A stretch of 64,000 nucleotides of DNA from contig JBGAON010000001.1 of assembly GCA_044221725.1 (NCBI GenBank), positions 160,001-224,000 on the forward strand, given 5' to 3'. The notes beneath the pieces are model-generated. The model was not told the DNA's origin, did no database searches, and saw nothing but the letters and a program-made list of their open reading frames with translations. This stretch comes from Elusimicrobiota bacterium. GTDB lineage: Bacteria; Elusimicrobiota; Elusimicrobia; F11. Every line of letters starts with the position of its first letter. The stretch's first letter is position 1. The position numbers were made by a program, and so were the translations under genes. Below are positions 22,269 to 30,863 of the stretch, piece by piece.

Positions 22269-23654
22269 ATGAAAGATTTTTTGTTGATTCTTCAATACTT
22301 TTTTAATTGGCGGTTTCTAGTTCTGCTGTCGGCCGTTACATCGTTCGGCCTGTTGCTTCCCGAGAAGAACATTAAGCTTTTTCGCTCCGTCCGATTTAAT
22401 ATCTATCTGTTCCTTGTCATTGCGGTGGCTTCTGCTGCAGGAACATTTCTGCCACAGGAAAAAGCATCCGAGGTTGTTTATCATTCGTGGTGGTTTGCGG
22501 CCTTATTGGCGCTGATGGCGTTTGATGTCATCGTGTGCAAGTTGCGGCGGTTGCCTTTAAAGATTTTTGGATCGTCAAAGCCGCGCGCATCGGAAACCAT
22601 CGAACAATTCTTTTCCAAGTCCAAGCTGCGCGCCAATATTGCGTCGCCAGATGCACCGGCTGCAACGGTTGCTAAAGTGCGCCATTGGCTCGAAAAGAAA
22701 AATCTCTCTTTTGAACAAAACGATCGCGAGTTCGGCCCCGTATTTTTTGCATGGCGCCACGGCGTTCAGCGATGGGGCGATTTCATTCTGCACGTAAGTA
22801 TCGTGGCGGTTCTCGCGGGGAATTTGATCGGTGCAATGTTCGGCTTTGAAGAAATTCTGCCGATTGAAGAAGGTCGATCGGTCATTATGAAAAATCGGCC
22901 GTTCGAAGTGACGTTGAACGATTTTGAGATCGACTATTACAAGAACAGTGGCGCGCCCAGCGTTTACGCGAGCGACCTAACGGTTCGCCAGGACGGAAAA
23001 GAAATCGCCCATAAACGAATCCTCGTTAATTATCCGCTTGATATTGACCGCGTTCGTTTTTATCAGGCATCGTGGGGAATGACAAACAGTTATCACACCG
23101 CGAAATTGCTTTTGGCCGGTCGTGAAATTGAAGTGAGGCAAGGCGAAATAACACCGATTCCTGGAACGCCGCTATCGGTTCGAGCGAACGAGTTTTTGCC
23201 CTCGTTTGATATAGATGCCGATCATCATGCAACCACAAAAGACTTTGAAGGAAAAAATCCGGCGCTGCAGATCGACTTCCTTGAAAACGGTAAGGTTCAG
23301 GCGAAGGTGTGGTTGCTAAAAAATATGCCCCACGTGGCATTCCAAATAGTGGGAGACCGCGTGACACCGGCGGCGCCACCGCCGTTCCATTTGTTGGATG
23401 TGGATCCGATTCTTTTTTCGGGCATTCAAGTGCGTTACGACCCGGGCGCGCCACTTTTTTGGGCCTCCGCGATCGTTCTTCTGGTAGGGCTCTGTATGCA
23501 CTTTTATTTGCATCAACGGCGATTACGAATTGTTGTGCATGGCCGATCGGGCGGAAGCGAGGTTATTGTCGGTGGCTGGAATTCTCGCACGCCCGAAGAG
23601 TTTAAAGACGAATTCGCTGGTTGGATCAGCGCACTAAGAGAGACTATTTCCTAA
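22269..23654 (+). CDS. resB: Cytochrome c biogenesis protein ResB/CcsB (system II)
   Basis: AGTFLPQ, YHSWWF, LHVSI, VNYPL...FYQASW and YDPG motifs. Confidence 0.9.
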   Translation: MKDFLLILQYFFNWRFLVLLSAVTSFGLLLPEKNIKLFRSVRFNIYLFLVIAVASAAGTFLPQEKASEVVYHSWWFAALLALMAFDVIVCKLRRLPLKIFGSSKPRASETIEQFFSKSKLRANIASPDAPAATVAKVRHWLEKKNLSFEQNDREFGPVFFAWRHGVQRWGDFILHVSIVAVLAGNLIGAMFGFEEILPIEEGRSVIMKNRPFEVTLNDFEIDYYKNSGAPSVYASDLTVRQDGKEIAHKRILVNYPLDIDRVRFYQASWGMTNSYHTAKLLLAGREIEVRQGEITPIPGTPLSVRANEFLPSFDIDADHHATTKDFEGKNPALQIDFLENGKVQAKVWLLKNMPHVAFQIVGDRVTPAAPPPFHLLDVDPILFSGIQVRYDPGAPLFWASAIVLLVGLCMHFYLHQRRLRIVVHGRSGGSEVIVGGWNSRTPEEFKDEFAGWISALRETIS

Positions 23655-23665
23655 AAGGAGCGTTT

Positions 23666-24520
23666 ATGGAGCGAATATTTTTTGGTGTCGCGTTTACTGC
23701 GTACACGGTAGCGATGACACTTTTTATTGGATACGCGATCACCCGTCGCGAAGCGTTGGCTGCAATGGCCAAATACGCGTTGATCGGAGCGGTCCTCTGC
23801 CATGTCGTTAGCCTTGTTATCCGGACGACGATCGCGCGCCAAATGCCGCAGCACGGCTGGTACGTGCCGTGGAGCAACTGGTTTGAGAGCTTTTCATTTT
23901 TCTCGGTTGTGATCGCGGTCGAGTATTTGCTGATTCAACGCAATCGCCACATTCCCATTCTTGGAGCGTTCGTGACACCGCTCATTTTTTTGACCGCGGT
24001 GATGGCAATCAATTCACCGTTCGGGACGCAGATTCCGAACTTGCCACCGGCGCTCCAGTCGTTTTGGATGGCCATTCACGTTCCGGTGATGTTTATCTCT
24101 TACGGCGCGTTCGCAAACGCGTTCGCGATTGGAATCGCCTACCTTTTACAAGAGCATCAGTTGAAATCCCGCAAACCGACCAATCTTACGTTTCGGCTTC
24201 CGCCGCTCGATGAGTTGGACAACATGATTTACCGCGTTATCTGGTACGCCTTCCCGTTGCTCACTCTGGGTGTGTTGCTGGGCGCGCGCTGGGCATACGA
24301 TGCGTGGGGCCGCTACTGGGGTTGGGATCCGAAGGAGACGTGGGCGTTTGTGACTTGGCTCACGTACCTTATCTATTTGCACATGCGGCTTGTGATGGGA
24401 TGGCGCGGACGCAAAACGGCGTATCTTTCGCTAATCGGTTTTGTCGTCGTCATTGGAACCTACATTGGCGTCAATTATCTTTCGCCGCTCCACGGATTTC
24501 TTTCGAATGCGGGGAAATAA
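23666..24520 (+). CDS. ccsA: Cytochrome c biogenesis protein CcsA/ResC
   Basis: WWD motif WGRYWGWDPKETW and LQSFWMAIHV; SD AGGAG. Confidence 0.95.
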   Translation: MERIFFGVAFTAYTVAMTLFIGYAITRREALAAMAKYALIGAVLCHVVSLVIRTTIARQMPQHGWYVPWSNWFESFSFFSVVIAVEYLLIQRNRHIPILGAFVTPLIFLTAVMAINSPFGTQIPNLPPALQSFWMAIHVPVMFISYGAFANAFAIGIAYLLQEHQLKSRKPTNLTFRLPPLDELDNMIYRVIWYAFPLLTLGVLLGARWAYDAWGRYWGWDPKETWAFVTWLTYLIYLHMRLVMGWRGRKTAYLSLIGFVVVIGTYIGVNYLSPLHGFLSNAGK

Positions 24521-24524
24521 GAAT

Positions 24525-24597
24525 CCGTCGCCCTGGGATGTTTTAATTCAGGGCCCACTTGCATTGGATCCTGGATTAAGACATTCCAGGATGACGG
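24525..24597 (-). repeat. REP-like palindromic element, copy 1 (ccsA-hemA gap)
   Basis: Imperfect inverted repeat; minus strand CCGTCATCCTGGAATGTCTTAATCCAGGATCCA...TGGGCCCTGAATTAAAACATCCCAGGGCGACGG is homologous to 39336-39425. Confidence 0.8.
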
Positions 24598-24603
24598 CTT
24601 AAT

Positions 24604-25665
24604 ATGGGCCTCGTCACCGTCGGTTTATCTCACAAAACGGCACCGGTGGAGCTGCGCGAACGGTTAACGATACCTTCCGCGCAGTTGGGCGGGGCGCTCG
24701 ATCGCCTGTTCAACTCCAAGGAGTTGCAAGAGGCGGTTATTGTTTCCACGTGCAACCGACTTGAAATTTACGCGCGCCCACAGAGTGATCGCCAGCGCGC
24801 AATTCTGTCGCTTCGTCAGTTTTTCATTTCGATGTACGAACACCCGGGGCTTGATGATTCGTTGTACCATTACGAAGCGGATGCGGCGGTCAAACATTTG
24901 TTTCGTGTCGCCGCGGGGTTGGATTCGATGGTGGTTGGAGAAACCGAAATTCTCGGCCAAGTGAAATCCGCTTATCAGTTTTCTCAAGCGCATGGAACGA
25001 CCGGAAAAATTACAAATGTCTTGTTTCAACGCGCGCTGTTTGTGGGAAAACAAGTGCGTACAAAAACATTGATTTCGGAGGGGTCGAGTTCGGTAGGAAG
25101 TATTGCCGTGCAGCTGGCCGAAAAGATTTTTGGACCGCTCAACAAACACCGAATCCTTCTTTTGGGGGCGGGCGAAATGGCGGAAATCACCGCGCGGCAT
25201 TTGCTGAGCCAAAAGGCCGGCGAAATCGTGATTCTCAACCGCACGCTCGATCGTGCCGAATTGTTGGCCCATCAACTAAATGGCGTGGCCGGTTCCATGG
25301 ATGCTCTTCAGTCCGAACTATTGAAGGCCGACATCGTGGTGTGTTCGACGTCCGCCGAGAAACCGTTGCTAACGACGGACATGGTCGAAACAATTATGAA
25401 GGAACGTCGCGGTCGATCGCTGTACTTCATTGATATTGCGGTGCCTCGCAATGTGGCGCCTGGCGTGAACGAAATCGACAACGTCTATTTGTACAACATC
25501 GACCATCTTAAAAATCTCGTTGAAGAAAATATGAGTCGGCGCCAATCGCAGGTGGAGCGCGCCGAAGAACTCGTGACAAACCTTGCTGCAGAATTTTATG
25601 CATGGATTCTCGCGACGATCGAGGGAAAAACCAAAACGCTCAAGCACGGTCAGACGGTGTTATGA
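24604..25665 (+). CDS. hemA: Glutamyl-tRNA reductase (short form, 353 aa)
   Basis: GLSHKTAP, STCNRLE, GLDSMVVGETEILGQ, GAGEMA and DIAVPRN motifs. Confidence 0.95.
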   Translation: MGLVTVGLSHKTAPVELRERLTIPSAQLGGALDRLFNSKELQEAVIVSTCNRLEIYARPQSDRQRAILSLRQFFISMYEHPGLDDSLYHYEADAAVKHLFRVAAGLDSMVVGETEILGQVKSAYQFSQAHGTTGKITNVLFQRALFVGKQVRTKTLISEGSSSVGSIAVQLAEKIFGPLNKHRILLLGAGEMAEITARHLLSQKAGEIVILNRTLDRAELLAHQLNGVAGSMDALQSELLKADIVVCSTSAEKPLLTTDMVETIMKERRGRSLYFIDIAVPRNVAPGVNEIDNVYLYNIDHLKNLVEENMSRRQSQVERAEELVTNLAAEFYAWILATIEGKTKTLKHGQTVL

Positions 25666-26555
25666 AGCTACGCATTGGTTCGCGTGGCTCGCCGTTGGCC
25701 ATCACACAAACGCAATGGGTGAGCGCCCGATTAAAAGAAAAAAATCCAGCGCTCGAGATTGAATTTAAAGAAATAACCACCGCGGGCGACCGCGGGCAAA
25801 CAAACGGCAAAGGCGTGTTTGTGAAAGAGATTGAAGACGCGTTGCTCACGAAACAGATTGATCTCGCTGTTCATTCGCTAAAGGATATGCCGTCCAATCT
25901 GCCGTTGGGTCTCCTGCTTGGCCCATTCCCGAAAAGAGAGGATTTTCGAGATGCCGTGGTTTCTCGATTTGGCGAATTGCTCGGTGAGTTGCCGCGGCAT
26001 TCAACGATTGGAACGAGTTCGCCGCGCCGTCATGCGCAGATCGCACATTTGTTTCGTAAGCGCGAATACAACATTCAACCGATTCGTGGAAACGTCGACA
26101 CGCGCTTAAAGAAACTGCAACAAGGCGACTTTGATTCCATAGTTTTGGCTGCCGCGGGTCTCAAGCGATTGGGCTTGGAAGCGGACGTCACACACATTTT
26201 GGATCCGTCGGTCTTTTTGCCGTCGCCAGCACAGGGGTGCCTAGGGCTCGAAGTTCGAGACGATTCGGCGGATGTGCTGGCGCTTCTTGAATCCATTAAA
26301 GACAGCGACGCGACGATAACAGCGAGCGCGGAACGCGCATTTTTGCAAGGACTGGGAGGCGATTGCAATGTTCCGGTCGGAGCCTATTCGAGCATTCAAG
26401 GCGACACGCTTGTGATGAAAGCGGCCATTTTCGATTTGAAGGGGGAACGCGCCGTGCGCGTTGAGCAAGTCGGTCCTGTGTCTGAGCCGTTGTTCGTCGG
26501 TTACCAATTGGCGGGACGCTTGTTGCAAGAGGGTGGTGCGGAGCTAATGCCATGA
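25662..26555 (+). CDS. hemC: Hydroxymethylbilane synthase
   Basis: IGSRGSPLA, GKGVFVKEIE, VHSLKDMP, RGNVDTRL and GGDCNVP motifs. Confidence 0.96.
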   Translation: MKLRIGSRGSPLAITQTQWVSARLKEKNPALEIEFKEITTAGDRGQTNGKGVFVKEIEDALLTKQIDLAVHSLKDMPSNLPLGLLLGPFPKREDFRDAVVSRFGELLGELPRHSTIGTSSPRRHAQIAHLFRKREYNIQPIRGNVDTRLKKLQQGDFDSIVLAAAGLKRLGLEADVTHILDPSVFLPSPAQGCLGLEVRDDSADVLALLESIKDSDATITASAERAFLQGLGGDCNVPVGAYSSIQGDTLVMKAAIFDLKGERAVRVEQVGPVSEPLFVGYQLAGRLLQEGGAELMP

Positions 26556-28045
26556 AGCCTCGCGTGGGCAAGGTTTTTCTTGTGGGCGCCGGTCCGGGCG
26601 ATCCCGATCTCATTACGATCCGAGGCAAGAGGCTTTTGCGCGAAGCCGATGTGGTGGTAATGGATGCTCTCGTCAGCGCTGCGCTTGTGAAAAATATCCG
26701 AGCCAAAATCATTCACGCCGGCAAACGAGGGAGCATCGAAGCGAGTCACGGCAAAGAAAATATTTCTCAGGACGCAATTAATGTGCTGCTCGTAAAACTG
26801 GGGCGCGCAGGCAAACGCGTTGTTCGGCTTAAAGGCGGAGACCCGTTTGTTTTTGGACGTGGCAGCGAAGAAGTCGAAGCGCTCGCTTCGGCGAAAATCC
26901 CTTATGAAATTGTCCCCGGCGTTACCTCCGCGATCGCAGCGCCGGCGGCCGCCGGGATTCCCATCACGGACCGCCGATTTGCATCCCAAGTGACCTTTGT
27001 GACGGGGCATGGCCAAGCCCAGACGCGCGGTGTCGATACAAAGTCACCGCCGGTACAATGGAGAAAATTGCCAAAGGACGGAACGCTCGTAGTTCTGATG
27101 GGCGTCGCAAGCTGGTCCCGCATCCAACGCAAATTGCTTGAGGCGGGATGGTTGGCAAAGAGGCCCGTCGCGGCGATTGAATCCGCTACCAATGTGGATC
27201 AGCGTGTCATTCGAACGACGCTCGGAGCCTCTGCAAACGAATTCGCAAAACAAGTTTTGAGATCGCCCGCAGTTATCGTTGTTGGTGAAGTTGCTCGCTT
27301 GGGCGAACAGCCGAAAAAAATTGTGGTAACGCGACCCAAAGAACAAGGTGAAGAGCTCGTTCGCTTGTTGCGACAAAAAGAAATGCAGGTTATATCGGCC
27401 CCAGGCATTCGTGTTGCGCCGCTTGGGAAAAAGTTGAAACTGAAACGTCGATACTACGATTGGGTTTTGTTTTTAAGTAGCAACGCCGTCCGTACGTTTA
27501 CCCCTCACGCTGACCCGCTTCCCTCGCTTCGCGAGAGGAGAGGGGAGCGGGTCAGCGTGAGGGGTGTTCTGGCGATCGGAACCGAAACCAAAAAAGTGGC
27601 TGAGTCTTATGGATGGAAGGTAAACATCATTCCAAAAGTATTCACATCCGCCGGTGTGCTCCGAGCGTTGGGGCCCGTGCAGGGAAAGAATATTTTAATC
27701 CCGCGCGTTCAGAACGCGCCGCGCGATTTGCCCAACGCGCTGCGGAAGCGGGGTGCGATCGTTGAAGAAGTGGTGACCTACGAGACCAAACCGGAACGAT
27801 TTTCGCAATCCATGCGGCGTGAAATACTGACTGGCGTGGACGCTGTGACATTCACATCGGCGTCCACCGTGGGCGGATTCATGAACAATTTTTCTGCAGC
27901 AGAAAGGAAACGGATTTTTCGGGCCGCGCGTGCTGTGTCAATGGGACCTCAAACGACCGCGGCTCTTCGTCTTTTTGGTGTTCGCAGCATCGCTCAGGCA
28001 AAACATGCCACAATTCCAGCTTTGGTGGAGGCTCTTTGTTCATGA
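26552..28045 (+). CDS. cobA: Uroporphyrinogen-III C-methyltransferase / uroporphyrinogen-III synthase fusion (CobA-HemD)
   Basis: VGAGPGDPDLIT and RLKGGDPFVFGRG, followed by HemD motifs VVTRP, YDWVLFLSSNAV and FTSASTV. Confidence 0.92.
   Translation: MKPRVGKVFLVGAGPGDPDLITIRGKRLLREADVVVMDALVSAALVKNIRAKIIHAGKRGSIEASHGKENISQDAINVLLVKLGRAGKRVVRLKGGDPFVFGRGSEEVEALASAKIPYEIVPGVTSAIAAPAAAGIPITDRRFASQVTFVTGHGQAQTRGVDTKSPPVQWRKLPKDGTLVVLMGVASWSRIQRKLLEAGWLAKRPVAAIESATNVDQRVIRTTLGASANEFAKQVLRSPAVIVVGEVARLGEQPKKIVVTRPKEQGEELVRLLRQKEMQVISAPGIRVAPLGKKLKLKRRYYDWVLFLSSNAVRTFTPHADPLPSLRERRGERVSVRGVLAIGTETKKVAESYGWKVNIIPKVFTSAGVLRALGPVQGKNILIPRVQNAPRDLPNALRKRGAIVEEVVTYETKPERFSQSMRREILTGVDAVTFTSASTVGGFMNNFSAAERKRIFRAARAVSMGPQTTAALRLFGVRSIAQAKHATIPALVEALCS
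27500..27565. repeat. 66-nt palindrome in frame within the hemD domain
   Basis: 26-bp stem with one G-U pair (27500-27525 / 27540-27565); spans exactly 22 codons. Confidence 0.9.
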
Positions 28046-28866
28046 AGAAAGAATCACTTGGTCAGCTTTTGATTACTGTTAAAAAAGCTCTCACGGCGGG
28101 CGGTGCCGTGGTGCGCAGAGGATTTCACAAGCCCACGCAGGTGCGGTACAAAGGAGTTGCTGATCCCTTCACGCAAATCGATTTGGCATCAGAAAAAGCG
28201 GTGTTCGGAGTAATCTCAAAAGCTTTTCCGTCTCATGCTTTTTTGGCGGAGGAGTCGGCGTTTCAAAAGGGCCAAGCCCTCAGCAAGAGCCGTCCGGATC
28301 AATACCGCTGGATCGTCGATCCGCTCGACGGAACGGTGAACTTTATTCACCGTATTCCCCAATCGTGCGTGTCGGTGGCCGTGGAGTGCGGCGGGGTATT
28401 GCTGGCGGGCGGGGTTTTTGACCCCTTTCGAGACGAGATGTTTCTTGCCGCCAAAGGGCAAGGCGCCACGCTCAATGGGCGGAAAATCAGGGTGTCTCTG
28501 GAACGGAAGCCTCTAAGATCACTGGTCGTCACTGGGTTTCCTTATCAACATCAAAAAGAACCCCGAAAACACGCATTGTTTATTGCGCCTTTCCTTGAAA
28601 AGTTTGCGGATTTGCGTCGCCTGGGCGCGGCGGCGTTGGACCTTTCTTGGATAGCCTGCGGCCGTGTGGACGCCTATTTCGAGTTCGGGCTTAAGCCGTG
28701 GGATGTGGCGGCCGGCGCTTTGTTGGTTTCTGAAGCGGGAGGGAAAGTTACGAATTTCCGAGGGAAACCCATGAATATCGACGATTCTGCGCAGACGGCT
28801 GCCACGAACGGGTTGCTGCATTCCCAGGTGGTCCGAATTCTTAATGGAAACTTAACCGAATCTTAA
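28042..28866 (+). CDS. suhB: Inositol monophosphatase family protein
   Basis: WIVDPLDGTVNF, RRLGAAALDL and LKPWDVAAG motifs. Confidence 0.92.
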   Translation: MKKESLGQLLITVKKALTAGGAVVRRGFHKPTQVRYKGVADPFTQIDLASEKAVFGVISKAFPSHAFLAEESAFQKGQALSKSRPDQYRWIVDPLDGTVNFIHRIPQSCVSVAVECGGVLLAGGVFDPFRDEMFLAAKGQGATLNGRKIRVSLERKPLRSLVVTGFPYQHQKEPRKHALFIAPFLEKFADLRRLGAAALDLSWIACGRVDAYFEFGLKPWDVAAGALLVSEAGGKVTNFRGKPMNIDDSAQTAATNGLLHSQVVRILNGNLTES

Positions 28867-28895
28867 GGAGATCTTAATCCACGTTTTTGCATAAT
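28840..28895 (+). promoter_or_regulatory. Four CTTAA boxes at exact 11-bp spacing plus a CATAAT -10; candidate OmpR/PhoB-family-controlled promoter
   Basis: CTTAA at 28840, 28851, 28862 and 28873; CATAAT at 28890-28895. Confidence 0.6.
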
Positions 28896-28900
28896 AAACG

Positions 28901-28980
28901 TATCAAAAGCAGCAAGACATGAAGCACTCACCCAATTTTCGGGGGTCGGATTTGGTTAGGGGTCCGACCCCCATTTTTTT
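28901..28980 (+). ncRNA. Candidate ~80-nt small RNA
   Basis: Promoter-like element followed directly by an intrinsic terminator, with no credible ORF between them. Confidence 0.4.
28941..28980 (+). terminator. Rho-independent terminator
   Basis: GGGGGTCGGA-(12 nt)-TCCGACCCCC-ATTTTTTT. Confidence 0.9.
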
Positions 28981-28998
28981 GCCCCGACGAAATTGAAT

Positions 28999-29451
28999 TT
29001 ACTTCAATTTATCAGCTGGTTTAAACCAAAGGTTGACTTCTTTTTCTGCTTCTAGTGGGTTCGCCGATGCGTGCACAACGTTTTCGAAAACCCCTGCTGT
29101 TGTGATCCGACCAAACATTCCGCGAATGGTATCCGGCTTCGCCTTTTCCGGGTTCGTTTCTCCGGCCAATGCGCGGATTTTCTGAATTGCGTCTTCCCCA
29201 CGGTAAACCAATGCCATCACAGGAACGCCGCCACCGTGCAATTTACCGGTAATATATTCAATCAACTGAGGAAAGAACGGTTTGCCAACATGATCGGAGT
29301 AATGGTCGTTGGCCAATTTTTCGGGGACCAGCATGAGTCGGGCGGCCACCAGGGATAATTTTGCTTCTTCGAGTTTTGCAAGAACCGGGCCGATGAGATT
29401 TCGTTTTACCGCGTCCGGTTTGATCAAGACGAGTGTTTCTTGAACTGACAT
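28999..29451 (-). CDS. ndk: Nucleoside-diphosphate kinase
   Basis: TLVLIKPDAV, HY.DHVGKPFF and NVVHAS motifs; SD GGAGG before ATG 29451. Confidence 0.95.
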   Translation of the reverse strand: MSVQETLVLIKPDAVKRNLIGPVLAKLEEAKLSLVAARLMLVPEKLANDHYSDHVGKPFFPQLIEYITGKLHGGGVPVMALVYRGEDAIQKIRALAGETNPEKAKPDTIRGMFGRITTAGVFENVVHASANPLEAEKEVNLWFKPADKLK

Positions 29452-29537
29452 AACTGCCTCCACCTTTTAAAGTATTTTGGCGGGTTTTCCGCCGATGCAC
29501 CACGACCCTGTAACAGGACGAGTACGAGGGCGGGACT

Positions 29538-30863
29538 TTAGCAGTTTGCGCAGGCTTGCAGGTCCGGCCCATCATCTTCGCGAAAAATGAGGGCCGGTGG
29601 AATTTTTCCTTCCAACAGCGAGGGAACAGGGCCTTGGTAATACTTGTGAAAACGGCGTAACAGGTCAAATGCTTCATGCGATGGGCACGGCTCTTCGCAT
29701 ATTCGCAGCAATTGGCCGAGCGTTACTGGCTGTAGCGCGACCAGGTCGGCCGGTTCCAGGTAGCGCAAGTGTTCGACAAGATGGATTTTCATGAAGTTTC
29801 CAGCGCTCATCGCCAGCAACGCTTCAACGCACCGCGGGTCGAAATGTCCGCTCGCTTCTCGGTTTACAATTGCTAAGGCATTTTGGATCGACATCGCGCT
29901 GCGGTAATGCCGTTTCGACGTGATGGCGTCGAGCACATCAGCAACGGCAAGAATTCGAGCGCCGAGCGGGATGTCATTTCCGCGCAGGCCTTGCGGGTAG
30001 CCATTGCCGTCGTAGCGTTCGTGATGCCCCGCCGCGATGGAAGGAACATCGGCCAGTTCACTTTTGAACTTAAACTTGGAAAGTAACGTGAACGTACCTC
30101 GCGCGTGGGTTTGAATTTCCTGATATTCCTCGCTTGTTAGCGAACCTTCTTTTCTGAGAATTTCTTCTTTGATTTCTATCTTACCGAGATCGTGCATCAG
30201 TCCGGCGTAGCGTAGTTTTTCGATCTCGATGCCTTGCAATCCCATTTGTTTTCCGATTTCGATCGCGTATTCGGTAACGCGAAACGAGTGGCTCGCCGTC
30301 AACGGATCTCGCTGGTCGATCGCGATGGACAGAACCTCGAGAGTCGATTCAAAGTTTTTCTTCAGTTCTTCATAAAAGCTAATCGTAAGTCCGTGAGCGT
30401 CTTCCAGTTGTTTCGTGCGTTCTTTTACCTTCATTTCGAGATTTGCGTTCCATTCCTGCAAAGCGGCGCTCATGGCTTGGTTTTCTTCGAGCAATCTTTT
30501 GTGTTCGATCGCTTGCTTAAGTAAATGTTTGATCTGTTCAATGTTTGCCGGCTTGAGCAGATACGCTGTTGCCCCGCTGTTAAGGGCATCGATCGCATAG
30601 TCGGTTTCGGCGTAGCCGGTCATCATGATGACGACCATCTCAGGTTTGTTGCCTTTCAATACCTTCAGTACGTCTATGCCGGTCAAATCCGGCATTTTTA
30701 TGTCGAGCAACGCCACAGCGAAGTCCTCATTTTCGGCCGCTGCCAGCGCGGCGCGCCCACAATCGGCGCTCGTTACAAGGAAGCCGGAGCTTTTCAAAAT
30801 ACTCTCCAGTGTCAAGCGCTGTCCTTTGTTGTCGTCCACGAGAAGAATTTTATCGTTGCTCAT
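29538..30863 (-). CDS. Response regulator with REC and HD-GYP domains (RpfG-like)
   Basis: LLVDD/LLDIKMP/LLKP; MHDLGK and HHERYDGNGYP. Confidence 0.92.
   Translation of the reverse strand: MSNDKILLVDDNKGQRLTLESILKSSGFLVTSADCGRAALAAAENEDFAVALLDIKMPDLTGIDVLKVLKGNKPEMVVIMMTGYAETDYAIDALNSGATAYLLKPANIEQIKHLLKQAIEHKRLLEENQAMSAALQEWNANLEMKVKERTKQLEDAHGLTISFYEELKKNFESTLEVLSIAIDQRDPLTASHSFRVTEYAIEIGKQMGLQGIEIEKLRYAGLMHDLGKIEIKEEILRKEGSLTSEEYQEIQTHARGTFTLLSKFKFKSELADVPSIAAGHHERYDGNGYPQGLRGNDIPLGARILAVADVLDAITSKRHYRSAMSIQNALAIVNREASGHFDPRCVEALLAMSAGNFMKIHLVEHLRYLEPADLVALQPVTLGQLLRICEEPCPSHEAFDLLRRFHKYYQGPVPSLLEGKIPPALIFREDDGPDLQACANC

Noticed and set aside
28919..28996. 25-codon ORF MKHSPNFRGSDLVRGPTPIFLPRRN
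   Set aside because: No SD, and it runs through the intrinsic terminator.
29479..29493. GGCGG-GTTTT-CCGCC hairpin upstream of ndk
   Set aside because: Only a 5-bp stem with no U-tract on the relevant strand; insufficient support.
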